Assembly (NCBI GenBank): GCA_963643725.1
Contig: CAVILR010000002.1
Span: 12,941-76,940 of the forward strand
DNA: 64,000 nucleotides
Origin: Lachnospiraceae bacterium
GTDB lineage: Bacteria > Bacillota_I > Bacilli_A > RFN20 > CAG-826
Reading direction: 5' to 3'
Both the position numbers and the translations under genes were made by a program. Of the stretch, positions 38,501 through 48,643 are shown in pieces; position 1 is the stretch's first letter, and each line of letters begins with the position of its first letter. The notes beneath the pieces were generated by a model, which was not told the DNA's origin, did not search any database, and was given only the letters and a program-made list of their open reading frames with translations.

Positions 38501-40228
38501 ATGAAATTTGATCCACACACCCTTAACCATTCCGCAAGTCATCTTATGGCGGAAGCAATCATGAATTTATATCCAGAGGCCAAGCTCGGCTTCGGCCCTG
38601 CGATTGAAGATGGTTTTTATTACGACATCGATTTACCATTTTCGCTCAAAGACGAAGACTTGCCTCTCATTGAAAAAGAGATGCATAAAATCGCTGCGAG
38701 AAATGAAACATTTGTTCGCAAAGAAGTTTCTAAAGATGAAGCTTTAAAATTATTTAAAGATAATCCATATAAAATCGAATTAATCAACGGAATCGAAGGA
38801 ACAATCACCGTCTATTATCAAGGAAAATTCTTTGATTTATGCGCCGGTCCACACGTCGAAAGAACTGGACAAATCCAAAACTTTAAGCTCCTTTCCATCG
38901 CTGGAGCGTATTGGCGAGGCGATAGCAAGAATAAGCAACTCCAAAGAATCTATGGAACATGCTTTGAGAAGAAAGACGAATTGGATGCATATTTAAAACT
39001 TCTTGAAGAAAGAAAAGCTAGAGATCATCGTAAATTAGGTAAAGAACTAGGCCTATTCATGCTCTCTGAATATGGACCAGGCTTCCCATTTTGGTTACCA
39101 AAAGGCATGATTTTAAGAACTGAACTCGAAAACATGTGGAAGGAAGTGCATAGTCAATTTGATTATCTACTCGTCGACACGCCTATCATGCTTTCCAAAG
39201 AGCTTTGGATTACCTCGGGTCACTGGGACCATTACAAAGACAATATGTATACGACAAAAATAGATGAAAAAGAATTCGCAATTAAGCCGATGAATTGTCC
39301 GGGTGCGATTCTTTGCTATAAAAATGACCTACATTCCTATCGAGAACTCCCACTTCGCTATGCCGAACTAGGACACGTCCACCGCTATGAAGCATCAGGT
39401 GCATTAAATGGATTATTTAGAGTTCGTTCATTCACTCAAGATGATGCACATACGTTTGTTCGCGTCGATCAAATTGAAGATGAAATCAATTCAATTCTAA
39501 AGCTATTTGACAAGATTTATTCGATGTTTGGCTTAAATTATGCAATTGAATTATCAACTCGCCCAGAAGAGGGCTATATCGGTAGCATCGATGTTTGGAA
39601 TGAAAGCGAACGCATCTTAAAAGAAGCATGTCAAAAATCCGGCAAAGAATTCAAAATCAATCCAGGAGATGGAGCTTTCTATGGTCCAAAACTCGACTTC
39701 AAGGTAAAAGATTGTATGAATAGAGTTTGGCAATGTGGAACTATTCAATTAGATATGAATCTCCCAGAAAGATTCGACGTCACCTATATCAATGAAGATG
39801 GTGAAAAAGAAAGACCAGTTCTTATCCACCGCGCGTGTTTAGGAAGCATTGAACGCTTTATCGGCATCATTATCGAGCACTTCGCTGGCGCTTTCCCGTT
39901 ATGGATTTCACCTGAACAAGTCCGCGTCCTTCCAGTCAATAACAACTTCCATTTAGAAAAAGCTAAAGAAATTGTCGCTAATTTAAAGAAAGAAGGAATC
40001 CGCGCCTCGATAGATGATAGCGAAGATAAACTTGGCTATCGCATGAGAAATGCTCAGGTTAATAAAGTTCCATACACTCTTGTAATCGGAGACCACGAAA
40101 AAGAAGAAGGAACAGTTACTTATCGCCACTTTGGAAGCAAGAAACAAATTACCATTCCATTTGATGAATTTGTAATTTTATTAAAAAAAGAGATTTCTTC
40201 AAGAGCGCTTCCTGTTGTAGAAGAATAA
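38501..40228 (+). CDS. thrS: Threonyl-tRNA synthetase (short form lacking the N-terminal TGS/editing extension)
   Basis: 575 aa with class II aaRS core motifs and a C-terminal anticodon-binding domain. Confidence 0.9.
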   Translation: MKFDPHTLNHSASHLMAEAIMNLYPEAKLGFGPAIEDGFYYDIDLPFSLKDEDLPLIEKEMHKIAARNETFVRKEVSKDEALKLFKDNPYKIELINGIEGTITVYYQGKFFDLCAGPHVERTGQIQNFKLLSIAGAYWRGDSKNKQLQRIYGTCFEKKDELDAYLKLLEERKARDHRKLGKELGLFMLSEYGPGFPFWLPKGMILRTELENMWKEVHSQFDYLLVDTPIMLSKELWITSGHWDHYKDNMYTTKIDEKEFAIKPMNCPGAILCYKNDLHSYRELPLRYAELGHVHRYEASGALNGLFRVRSFTQDDAHTFVRVDQIEDEINSILKLFDKIYSMFGLNYAIELSTRPEEGYIGSIDVWNESERILKEACQKSGKEFKINPGDGAFYGPKLDFKVKDCMNRVWQCGTIQLDMNLPERFDVTYINEDGEKERPVLIHRACLGSIERFIGIIIEHFAGAFPLWISPEQVRVLPVNNNFHLEKAKEIVANLKKEGIRASIDDSEDKLGYRMRNAQVNKVPYTLVIGDHEKEEGTVTYRHFGSKKQITIPFDEFVILLKKEISSRALPVVEE

Positions 40229-40246
40229 AGAAAAACAAATTAACAC

Positions 40247-40275
40247 TTGAAACTAGATTATACTTTTAGTATTAT
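40247..40275 (+). promoter_or_regulatory. Promoter of the infC-rpmI-rplT operon
   Basis: TTGAAA (40247-40252), 17-nt spacer, TATTAT (40270-40275). Confidence 0.6.
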
Positions 40276-40411
40276 AAATCTCGCAAAACGTAGAAAGAAG
40301 AACGCCCACGTTTCTCACCAGATCGATTAATTGATTGGTAAACGCTACTGTTAATGAAAATTGACAAGTTTAACGGGCGTACTTCACGCCCGTTTTCTAG
40401 TAAAGGAGTGA
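40276..40411 (+). promoter_or_regulatory. L20-binding leader with attenuator hairpin upstream of infC
   Basis: A leader of about 135 nt ends in the hairpin AACGGGCGT-ACTTC-ACGCCCGTT plus TTTT (40372-40397), about 15 nt before the infC SD. This is the same position as the L20-controlled attenuator of Bacillus infC operons. Confidence 0.55.
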
Positions 40412-40975
40412 TTGCTTATCAATAACTATCCAATTAAATCTGGACCACAACGTCCAAAAAACACCAACAACGATCTCGTAAACGAACGAGTCCGATTCCC
40501 TGAAGTGCTCTTAATTGATGAACAAGGTAATCAATTAGGAAAAATGTCTTCAAGAGAGGCTTATAGCATCGCTGTCGAAAGAGAACTCGACTTGCTATGC
40601 GTTGCTCCAAACGCTAATCCACCAGTATGCAAAATACTAAATTATGGAAAATATCGTTTCGAACAACAAAAGAAAGCAAAGGAAAACAAGAAAAAACAAC
40701 ACACAGTTGAAATCAAAGAAGTTCAATTGACACCTCAAATCGGTGCTCACGACTTAGAGACCAAAGTTAAGGCAGCTAAGCGCTTCCTTGAAGATGGTAA
40801 TAAAGTTAAGGTCGGAGTTCGTTATCGGGGAAGACAAATGAGCCACCTTGAAGTTGGTGAGGAAGTTATGAATAAGTTCATTGCTTTGCTTGAAGAAGTT
40901 GCTATCGTTGAGAAAAAACCATCGATGGATGGCCGTTGGCTCAGCGGTGTAATTGCTCCCAAAGCGAAAAAATAG
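40412..40975 (+). CDS. infC: Translation initiation factor IF-3, non-AUG start
   Basis: The IF-3 N- and C-domains are conserved ([18 protein letters not shown]...). An in-frame TGA lies immediately upstream, so the start must be TTG 40412, ATC 40418 or ATT 40433; the SD AAAGGAG at 40402-40408 favours ATC 40418. Confidence 0.85.
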   Translation: MLINNYPIKSGPQRPKNTNNDLVNERVRFPEVLLIDEQGNQLGKMSSREAYSIAVERELDLLCVAPNANPPVCKILNYGKYRFEQQKKAKENKKKQHTVEIKEVQLTPQIGAHDLETKVKAAKRFLEDGNKVKVGVRYRGRQMSHLEVGEEVMNKFIALLEEVAIVEKKPSMDGRWLSGVIAPKAKK

Positions 40976-40986
40976 GAGGTAGAACA

Positions 40987-41178
40987 ATGGGAAAAATGAA
41001 ATCTAAAAAAGCTCTCACAAAACGTGTGAAAGTCACCGGAAGTGGTCAGCTTAAGAGACATAGTGCCTACACATCGCACCTTGCCCCAAGAAAAACAACA
41101 AAACAAAAAAGACATTTAAGAAAGGCTTCACTCGTCGACAACACCGACTACAAGAGAGTGAAAACCTTGATTCAATAA
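40987..41178 (+). CDS. rpmI: 50S ribosomal protein L35
   Basis: 63 aa beginning [20 protein letters not shown]; SD AGGAGG lies 7 nt upstream. The ORF-track start at 40936 is too far upstream. Confidence 0.9.
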   Translation: MGKMKSKKALTKRVKVTGSGQLKRHSAYTSHLAPRKTTKQKRHLRKASLVDNTDYKRVKTLIQ

Positions 41179-41188
41179 GGAGATCATC

Positions 41189-41542
41189 ATGGCTAGAGTA
41201 AAAAATAGCGTTGCCACACGTGCACGACGTAAAAAAATCTTAAAAAGAGCAAAGGGATATTTTGGCAGCAAGCATCTCCTCTTTAAAACCGCGAAAGAAC
41301 AAGTGCTTCGTTCATTAAGATATTCATATAATGATCGTCGCAAACTCAAAGGCGAATATCGTAAACTCTGGATTAAGCGAATCAATGCCGCTTGCAGAAA
41401 TAACGATATCTCGTATTCGCGATTCATCAATGGACTAAATAAGGCAGGCGTTAAAGTTAATCGCAAGATGCTCTCTGAACTCGCAATTAATGATCCAAAA
41501 GCCTTCTCTGACTTAGTTACAGTTGCAAAGAAAGCAAAATAA
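41189..41542 (+). CDS. rplT: 50S ribosomal protein L20
   Basis: 117 aa beginning [19 protein letters not shown]. Confidence 0.95.
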   Translation: MARVKNSVATRARRKKILKRAKGYFGSKHLLFKTAKEQVLRSLRYSYNDRRKLKGEYRKLWIKRINAACRNNDISYSRFINGLNKAGVKVNRKMLSELAINDPKAFSDLVTVAKKAK

Positions 41543-41554
41543 ATTATCGAATTT

Positions 41555-41587
41555 AAAATACTCACATTGTCGTGAGTATTTTTTTAT
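41555..41587 (+). terminator. Bidirectional intrinsic terminator between rplT and thiI
   Basis: Perfect 9-bp stem AATACTCAC-ATTGTC-GTGAGTATT flanked by an A-run and T7. Confidence 0.75.
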
Positions 41588-41603
41588 TCTATGAATAAAA
41601 CAA

Positions 41604-42779
41604 TTAAAGTAATTCGTCGTCCTTTTTTATGTAGATGACATCAATATTGTTAAGCGCCTCAGTTAAAAGCGAATCAAAATCAACCTTTGTTTCATATTCG
41701 CGACACTTTTCTAAATTTGGCCTTGTCTTAGGGTTTTTAGGTGCAAATATTGTGCAACAATCTTCAAACGGACGAATTGAAATATCATATGTATCTATTT
41801 TTCGCGAAATCTTAATAATGTTTTCTTTATCTGTGACGACTAAAGGGCGAAGAACAGGCATATTTGTAACTTCATTAATAACAGAGATTGAATCGAGTGT
41901 TTGTGAGGCAACTTGGCCAACGGATTCACCGCTACTGATGGCTAGGCAATGTCTTTTCTTAGCAAGAGAAGAGGCGAGTCTAAACATCATTCTCCTCATC
42001 AACGTAATCGCATAGCTTTCATCGCTGACTCTGTATATTTCTTCTTGAATTTTCGTAAATGGTACTACATTAAGCCTAATCGTAGCTTGATATTTATTTA
42101 ATTTAGAAAGCAAATCTTTTAATTTTTCGATAACGCCGATATTCGTATAAGGAGGGGAGGCAAAATGAATACATTCGATCATAATTCCTCTTCTAAGTAA
42201 ACAATAAGCGGCGACAGGAGAATCAATTCCGCCGGAGAGCATATGCATTACTTTTCCTGACATCCCTAGAGGGTAGCCGCCACTACCTAATATGGTTTTT
42301 GTAAAGAAATATGCTCCTTCATTTCTAATCTCTAAGGATAAGAGGATATCAGGGTTATGCACATCAACTTTTAAAGATGTGTTTTTTAGTATTTCCCCAG
42401 CAATAATTCTATTCAATTCATCGGAAATAATCGGGTAATTCTTATTTGCTCTTTTACTATGGACTTTAAATGTCTTACCATCTTCATTTTTAATGATTTC
42501 TAAAGCGACTTTCTTTAAATTCTCAATCTCATCACTAGTTCTTTTAACAAGCGAAAAAGAATGAATTCCGGGAACTTCTTTAAGTACATCAATAATGTCA
42601 TTACATTCATAATTATTAAGTTTTATATAGATGTGATCGTATTTTATTTCGTATTCTAAATTATTAAATTCCTTCAATGCCAATTTAACATTTCGCCCTA
42701 AAGTATTAATAAAATCCTTTTTATTTTTTCCTTTTGTAGATAATTCGCCAAAGCGAATCATGATGTAATCATAAATCAT
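41604..42779 (-). CDS. thiI: tRNA 4-thiouridine(8) synthase ThiI
   Basis: 391 aa with THUMP domain and PP-loop SGGIDSPVA. Confidence 0.9.
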   Translation of the reverse strand: MIYDYIMIRFGELSTKGKNKKDFINTLGRNVKLALKEFNNLEYEIKYDHIYIKLNNYECNDIIDVLKEVPGIHSFSLVKRTSDEIENLKKVALEIIKNEDGKTFKVHSKRANKNYPIISDELNRIIAGEILKNTSLKVDVHNPDILLSLEIRNEGAYFFTKTILGSGGYPLGMSGKVMHMLSGGIDSPVAAYCLLRRGIMIECIHFASPPYTNIGVIEKLKDLLSKLNKYQATIRLNVVPFTKIQEEIYRVSDESYAITLMRRMMFRLASSLAKKRHCLAISSGESVGQVASQTLDSISVINEVTNMPVLRPLVVTDKENIIKISRKIDTYDISIRPFEDCCTIFAPKNPKTRPNLEKCREYETKVDFDSLLTEALNNIDVIYIKKDDELL

Positions 42780-43909
42780 TTAATTGACTCCAATATACTT
42801 TTTAATGTATCGATAAATAGCGATATTTCTTCTTTTGTATTGCTTCTATCAAAAGATAAACGAATTGAATTGCTTGATACGATATCATTTTTCCCCATCG
42901 CTTTTAAAACATAGCTCATCGTTTCTTTTTTTGAATGGCAAGCCGATACAGTGGAAACATAAATTCCCTTATTTGATAAAGCCTCGACCACTACACTAGC
43001 TTTTTTGTTTAATAAAGAAAAATTAAGAATATAACAAGAACAATTCTCACTACTATTGATAACAATATTATCGATTTTCTCTAATTCGCTTTTAGCAAAT
43101 GTATATAGTTCGTGAACATAACGATAATTATTATCAAGGCAATTAACCTCTTCTTTTATTAATTTAGCTAGCGTTAAAGCTAATGCCACGCTTTGCGTCC
43201 CGCTTCTAAAGCCATCTTCTTGTCCACCACCAGAAATTATAGGCAATAAATCGATGCTTTTTTTGACGATGAGGGCTCCGCTGTTCTTAAGACCATGAAT
43301 CTTATGAGACGAGACGACAAAGCTATCAATATCGTTATAAGGTAAATTTATCTTCCCAATCGCTTGAGTGGTATCGACATGCAAGGCAATTTTTGGATAT
43401 TTAGAAACGATGTTAATAATATCTTTAATCGGATTAATGCTTCCAATCTCATTATTCACCGCCATGATAGAGACAAAAATAGTATTATTTTTAATCGCTT
43501 TGGCTAAATCATCTACGGAGATTAAGCCGTTATCATTAACTTGAAGTATAGTTAACTCAAAACCAAATTGTTCGAGTTGCTTAAAACATTCTAAGACTGA
43601 AGGGTGTTCAATCGCGGTTGTAATAATGTGATTTCCGCGGTTTTTATGAGAAAGACAATATCCCTTAATTGCTAAATTATTCGCTTCCGAAGCAGAGGAG
43701 GTAAAGATGACGCGATGATTTTTGCACTTAAAAGAATTCAATATCGATTCTCTTGCCTTATTTAATAATGAATTAGTTTTAATTCCTAAATGATGAATAG
43801 AATTAGGATTAGCAAAATATTCGCTTTCAATCGAAGCAAAATATTCCAACGCATCTTTGTTTGGTCTAGTAGTCGCAGCATTATCGAAATAAAGAAAATT
43901 ATTTGTCAT
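42776..43909 (-). CDS. Cysteine desulfurase (class V aminotransferase, NifS/NifZ-like)
   Basis: 377 aa with PLP-lysine motif SSHKIHG and a Cys-bearing C-terminal loop; the ezrA-nifZ-thiI arrangement matches B. subtilis. Confidence 0.85.
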   Translation of the reverse strand: MTNNFLYFDNAATTRPNKDALEYFASIESEYFANPNSIHHLGIKTNSLLNKARESILNSFKCKNHRVIFTSSASEANNLAIKGYCLSHKNRGNHIITTAIEHPSVLECFKQLEQFGFELTILQVNDNGLISVDDLAKAIKNNTIFVSIMAVNNEIGSINPIKDIINIVSKYPKIALHVDTTQAIGKINLPYNDIDSFVVSSHKIHGLKNSGALIVKKSIDLLPIISGGGQEDGFRSGTQSVALALTLAKLIKEEVNCLDNNYRYVHELYTFAKSELEKIDNIVINSSENCSCYILNFSLLNKKASVVVEALSNKGIYVSTVSACHSKKETMSYVLKAMGKNDIVSSNSIRLSFDRSNTKEEISLFIDTLKSILESIK

Positions 43910-45638
43910 GATTAACTGAATGAATTTTCTTTAAAGCGTTTCCTATAACGACATAACTATTTTCAAATTCGCCATTAGCAAATAAATTTTCGGATTGTTT
44001 AATCAACGCGTCTAAATCGCTCAAGCGATGACGGTCTCTATTCGCATATAAAATACCGTTTTCCGCAAGAAGCATTAAATTATATTCTTGACTTATTGCT
44101 CCATTATCAAATAATTCGTTATCGATATCTTGAAGCTCACTAACAGACTTATTGACCTTATCAACATCGATTGGTGAGGTTAATAATAGTTGATTAACCT
44201 CTTCTAATAAATCATAAAAGCGATTAATTTTATCGCTGTATTTCTCACTAATCTTTTGGATGTCGATGTCGCGAATTGTCTTTTCACCTTCGCGAACCTT
44301 CTCATAATATTGAAATAAAAGATTATATGCGTTTTCAGAATCGATTTTTAATGAAGCGATATATTTATCAAATTCATCTAATGAAGCTATGACAGTTTTT
44401 GATGCTTCTTCAAGTTCGTTCATCTTATTAACTAATAATGAATAAGGTTGTTTTGTCGAACTATGAATAAAGGTGTCGAGCGATCGTTTTAATGCGCCGA
44501 GTTTATTGATACTATTTTGTATAGAATTAATCGCACTTTTGTGCTCATCATTAATGATATAAATATTATCAACTTCAGGAATGGTATTGCATAACTTAAT
44601 AAATCTTCTTTCGATCATATTTACCGTTTGGTAGATGAGCTCATTTTTCTCTTCGAATATTTGACGCGCTTTTTTCTCATCTTCAAATAGAGCGAAAAAT
44701 TCATCGATACGCGAAATGATATCATCGAGCTCACCGCTTACTCCGCGGACATCAAAACGTTTGATTCTAACTGTCAATTGAGCAACTTTCGCGCGCATCT
44801 CTTTGATTGATGAGCTGACGCATAGATGATGTAATGGATAATCATCCTGTTGCATGATTTCATAAGCGTTTTCTAGCGAGACTATCTTATCAGGAATATA
44901 TGTTAAAACAGTCGCGCATAAATTCGGCAATTCACTCATCGCATTTTGCATTTCGCGAAGAATTTTATCAATTTTAGGTAAAATCGCATTCGCATCATCA
45001 TATTGGGCTCTTTCAATATTTTCTTCAAATTCACTGAATAAAGAATCGATGTATTGAAAGATTTCTTCAAAAGAAGAAGACATTAATTGAAGATCACTTT
45101 GTTTAGAATAATAATCTTGTTTAATTCCTCTTAATCTTTCCTTTAAGGATAATGAAGCTTGTCTACATTCCTCTTCAGGACGAACAACTTGTAATAAGTC
45201 ATTATTCAATGTATTGACTTCGCTTTCATAAGCAGCAATTAAATCCTTCCCATCAGTTAAAGCCGCTTTTAAGGCTTTATATTTTTTCTCGTCAACTAAA
45301 TCCTTAAGGTGATTAATTGTCGATTGCGCATGAGCATCATGCTTATCTCGCACCTCTTTAAATCTTTTCAAAAATTTCGTATGAATTTCAACGTAGAGTA
45401 AATTGCTACGAGAAATAATTTCTAAACGTTTAACATATTGAGCATCTTGGCCGATGAGCAAAGCGTGTAGATATTGAAATCGTCTATCTAATTCGCGAAT
45501 TTGTCGACGCAATTTATTCTTCTCAAAGACGAGTTTAAAAAGTAAAACGCCAATTAAAATTGATCCAGCAATAATCGATATAACAATGATGATGGCAATC
45601 ATTCTATTATGTTGACTCGTCGCGTCCAAAAAATTCAT
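43899..45638 (-). CDS. ezrA: Septation ring formation regulator EzrA
   Basis: 579 aa with an N-terminal TM helix followed by long coiled-coil segments; synteny with nifZ-thiI. Confidence 0.8.
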   Translation of the reverse strand: MNFLDATSQHNRMIAIIIVISIIAGSILIGVLLFKLVFEKNKLRRQIRELDRRFQYLHALLIGQDAQYVKRLEIISRSNLLYVEIHTKFLKRFKEVRDKHDAHAQSTINHLKDLVDEKKYKALKAALTDGKDLIAAYESEVNTLNNDLLQVVRPEEECRQASLSLKERLRGIKQDYYSKQSDLQLMSSSFEEIFQYIDSLFSEFEENIERAQYDDANAILPKIDKILREMQNAMSELPNLCATVLTYIPDKIVSLENAYEIMQQDDYPLHHLCVSSSIKEMRAKVAQLTVRIKRFDVRGVSGELDDIISRIDEFFALFEDEKKARQIFEEKNELIYQTVNMIERRFIKLCNTIPEVDNIYIINDEHKSAINSIQNSINKLGALKRSLDTFIHSSTKQPYSLLVNKMNELEEASKTVIASLDEFDKYIASLKIDSENAYNLLFQYYEKVREGEKTIRDIDIQKISEKYSDKINRFYDLLEEVNQLLLTSPIDVDKVNKSVSELQDIDNELFDNGAISQEYNLMLLAENGILYANRDRHRLSDLDALIKQSENLFANGEFENSYVVIGNALKKIHSVNHDK

Positions 45639-45751
45639 AAGTTTTATCTCGCATTGATTTTAGCACATAAGACAACCATTTATAAATAAAACAATGATAT
45701 TTTTTACATATCAATGAGCAAAAGATAATTTAAAAAATTATCGCTTATTTA

Positions 45752-47065
45752 TTAAACGATTCTACGCTTGCGAATTAAGAAAATAATTAGTGTTATTAAT
45801 CCGCCTATAACGATAACGCCTCCAGCGACAGAACAAACTATAATAATTGTTTTGTTGTTTTTATCAGCATTTTTTTCGTTATCCTTTTGACCTACTTGAT
45901 CAACGATAACATCCAATTCGGCGAATATTTCGCTATTTTCAATAGAGGAAACTCTTAACGTAACTTCTCCTTCTTTATGTGCAAATGCAATATTGCCATC
46001 AAAGGAGATAATCTCTTCATTTGATGAAGACCATATCACATTTTGATTAGCGTCTTTTGGAGAAACGCTAGCCTCAAATGTATAACTCGTTCCAATCTTA
46101 ATAGAACTAACCGGGTTATTAATTGAAATCGATTCAACAGTTGCATCGGGATTTGGACTAGGTGATGGGTCTTTAGAAGGATATTTTTGATTGCATAAAT
46201 TTCGAACGCTTTCGGAAGCGTTGCTTCCAAAAATCTTACAAGCATATTCGGGATGGTCGACGAATGGATTGCGATTCTTTTGCAATGAAGATTCAGCAAA
46301 ATCATTGCGATTTCCTTCTAAAACATCAGGTTTATCCTCGATGTGCCATTTAAGTAATGTGTCATATGATTCGAATACATTTGTAATTTTAGGCGTTGAA
46401 GCATTATAGACATTTTGATAAGCAACGAATACATACATCACAATTCGCGCACAATCACCCTTAACAGAATCAAGTGGTTCAAATGAAGAACTGCTTCCAG
46501 TCCAGCCATATAACATCCCATTGTAATATTTAGCATCACCAGATTGGTTTAAATCAGTGAATTTTCTATTCCCTCGCGTACTATTCGTAGTGTTATACGT
46601 AGGTCGAATATGAAGTAAATCGGCGCCGGCCTTTCCTGTCCCCCAATTGTTATTTGACAAACTCTGAGGCCATGTATGTTCTCTATTCCATGAACTCGCT
46701 TCGTTTTTCTTGACCGAGTCTCTGGTATAGAAATAAATCATATTATTTGAATTTGTCGGATCTTCATCAGCCTCTTGAAGAAGTGAAGATAAGTGGTTAA
46801 CGCCACTTTTCGAATACGTAGGATATGCAGCTGGTTGAATCTTACTAGATAATTCTTTTCTTAAATTGCTATCAAGTCCCTCATCATTGGATGAAATCGA
46901 ATCATAATAACTTCCCGAATATGTATAATCAGCAAAATTATCGGTATGAGCAGTCGCATTTGTCTCAACAACTTCTTTGATAATGCTATTTTTTATAACT
47001 AGCGAAGAAGATAATGAAAGAGTAGAAATTAAGATAAGCTTTGGAAAAATGTCTCTCACTTTCAT
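45752..47065 (-). CDS. Membrane-anchored extracellular nuclease: endonuclease-I-like domain plus Big_2 domain plus C-terminal TM anchor
   Basis: N-terminal signal peptide; the motif REHTWPQS...LLHIRP resembles the endonuclease I/Bsn family. A bacterial Ig-like group 2 stretch follows (IKIGTSYTFEASVSPKDANQNVIWSSSNEEIISFD...VTLRVSS), then a C-terminal hydrophobic helix and KRRRIV. Confidence 0.5.
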   Translation of the reverse strand: MKVRDIFPKLILISTLSLSSSLVIKNSIIKEVVETNATAHTDNFADYTYSGSYYDSISSNDEGLDSNLRKELSSKIQPAAYPTYSKSGVNHLSSLLQEADEDPTNSNNMIYFYTRDSVKKNEASSWNREHTWPQSLSNNNWGTGKAGADLLHIRPTYNTTNSTRGNRKFTDLNQSGDAKYYNGMLYGWTGSSSSFEPLDSVKGDCARIVMYVFVAYQNVYNASTPKITNVFESYDTLLKWHIEDKPDVLEGNRNDFAESSLQKNRNPFVDHPEYACKIFGSNASESVRNLCNQKYPSKDPSPSPNPDATVESISINNPVSSIKIGTSYTFEASVSPKDANQNVIWSSSNEEIISFDGNIAFAHKEGEVTLRVSSIENSEIFAELDVIVDQVGQKDNEKNADKNNKTIIIVCSVAGGVIVIGGLITLIIFLIRKRRIV

Positions 47066-47146
47066 ATTGACCTTTTATACTCCTTATAAATCAGTATAGA
47101 ACAACTCATTGTAGAATTTATAAAATCAAAGATTGATAATTGTAGC

Positions 47147-47746
47147 ATGACAGAAAAGGAATTATTACAACAAGGTTATCTACACAACTCAAACACGAAA
47201 GAGTTGGTAAATGAACGTCTATCAGCAAATAATAAATGTTACAAATATAACAAAGTTAAACCATCGAATTTAAAGAAAAGAGATAAGCTTATTCGCAAAC
47301 TATTTGGAAGCGCTGGGAAAAACATATTTGTGATGCAACCATTTCTCTGCGATTATGGCTATAACATTCATGTCGGAGATAATTTTTACGTTAACTTTAA
47401 CGCCGTGTTTTTAGATGGCGCAAAAATAACGATCGGAAATAATGTCTTGCTCGCACCAAATGTAACGCTTTCCACAGCAGGGCACGCCATCGATCGCGAG
47501 CAACGCGTATTAGGATTAGAATTCGCTCATCCAATAACAATTGGAGATGATGTGTGGATTGGGGCGAATGTCACAGTTTTGCCAAATGTTAAAATTGGCA
47601 ATAATGTAATCATTGGGGCTGGAAGCGTAGTCACAAAAGACATTCCCGACAATGTAATCGCTGTTGGAAATCCTTGCAAAATCCTAAGAAAAATCGAAAC
47701 TGCTGATAAATTTAAATATAAAATCTATTTAGAAGGCAAAAACTAA
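47147..47746 (+). CDS. maa: Maltose/galactoside O-acetyltransferase (hexapeptide-repeat LbH family)
   Basis: 199 aa with hexapeptide repeats (IGDDVWIGANVTVLPNVKIGNNVIIGAGSVV) and a Maa/LacA N-terminus. Confidence 0.8.
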   Translation: MTEKELLQQGYLHNSNTKELVNERLSANNKCYKYNKVKPSNLKKRDKLIRKLFGSAGKNIFVMQPFLCDYGYNIHVGDNFYVNFNAVFLDGAKITIGNNVLLAPNVTLSTAGHAIDREQRVLGLEFAHPITIGDDVWIGANVTVLPNVKIGNNVIIGAGSVVTKDIPDNVIAVGNPCKILRKIETADKFKYKIYLEGKN

Positions 47747-47801
47747 AATTAGTCTCAAAGACTTTGATATTGCATAGATTTTAGGCGCAAAAAATTTGTT
47801 G

Positions 47802-47987
47802 TTGACATAGCCAACGGATATCTATAAGATATACATTGCATTTGCAGCATGTAAATATTAGCTCGTCCGATGCTGGAACTATCGTGGAAAAGTAGCCACT
47901 TGCTCATATGGTGAAATTCGTCTCATTAGCATCCGGAGTTAGGAATTTACACCTCTTGCTTAATGCGTTAAGTGAAAGGAGAACACT
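47802..47987 (+). promoter_or_regulatory. rpsD promoter and leader (probable S4 autoregulatory region)
   Basis: TTGACA (47802-47807), 17-nt spacer, TAAGAT, then about 155 nt of GC-enriched leader containing several short helices before SD AAAGGAG. Confidence 0.45.
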
Positions 47988-48590
47988 ATGAGATACACAG
48001 GTTCAGATTACAAACGTTCACGTCGTTTAGGTTTTTCAACGCTTGAAACTGGTAAAGAACTCGCCAAGAGAGCTTATGGTCCAGGTCAACACGGAAATGG
48101 TCGTAAAAGAAAACCATCCGAATATGGCAAACAATTGATTGAAAAGCAAAAACTTGAACAAATGTATGGCGTAAATGAACGTCAATTCCGTCGTTTATTC
48201 ACGATTGCGAGATCGTCTGATGAAGTTACAGGCATTGCCTTCTTTAGAATTCTTGAATCCCGTCTAGACAATCTTGTCTTCCGCATGGGATTTGCTAGAT
48301 CAAGAAGAGCAGCGCGTCAATTAGTCAACCACGGACACATCACAGTTAACGGCAAAAAAGTCGATATCCCTTCATATTTATGCAAAGTTGGCGACAAAAT
48401 TGCATTAAAAGAAGGTCATGACTTAAAAGTGGTTAAAGAAGCACTAGAGAGTAAAGTTGCCGCCTGTGCATACGTTGAAGTCAATGCCGATAAAAAAGAA
48501 GGCACATTCGTTCGTTTCCCTGAAAGAAAAGAACTTCCTTCCGACATCAACGAAGCACAAGTTATCGAATACTACAACCGCTTACTGTAA
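47988..48590 (+). CDS. rpsD: 30S ribosomal protein S4
   Basis: 200 aa beginning MRYTGSDYKRSRRLG. Confidence 0.95.
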   Translation: MRYTGSDYKRSRRLGFSTLETGKELAKRAYGPGQHGNGRKRKPSEYGKQLIEKQKLEQMYGVNERQFRRLFTIARSSDEVTGIAFFRILESRLDNLVFRMGFARSRRAARQLVNHGHITVNGKKVDIPSYLCKVGDKIALKEGHDLKVVKEALESKVAACAYVEVNADKKEGTFVRFPERKELPSDINEAQVIEYYNRLL

Positions 48591-48604
48591 GCAAAATGAG
48601 CAAA

Positions 48605-48634
48605 TTAAAAGGAGCCTCGGCTCCTTTTTTTCTT
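48605..48634 (+). terminator. Bidirectional intrinsic terminator, ending both rpsD and the roughly 13-kb minus-strand array
   Basis: Hairpin AAAAGGAGCC-TCG-GCTCCTTTT flanked by A4 and T7. Confidence 0.75.
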
Positions 48635-48643
48635 TATCAATAT

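Noticed and set aside
40822-41565. Minus-strand ORFs (40822-41115, 41128-41565) antisense to rpmI and rplT
   Set aside because: They are antisense to strongly conserved ribosomal protein genes and have no SD or promoter, so they are shadow ORFs.
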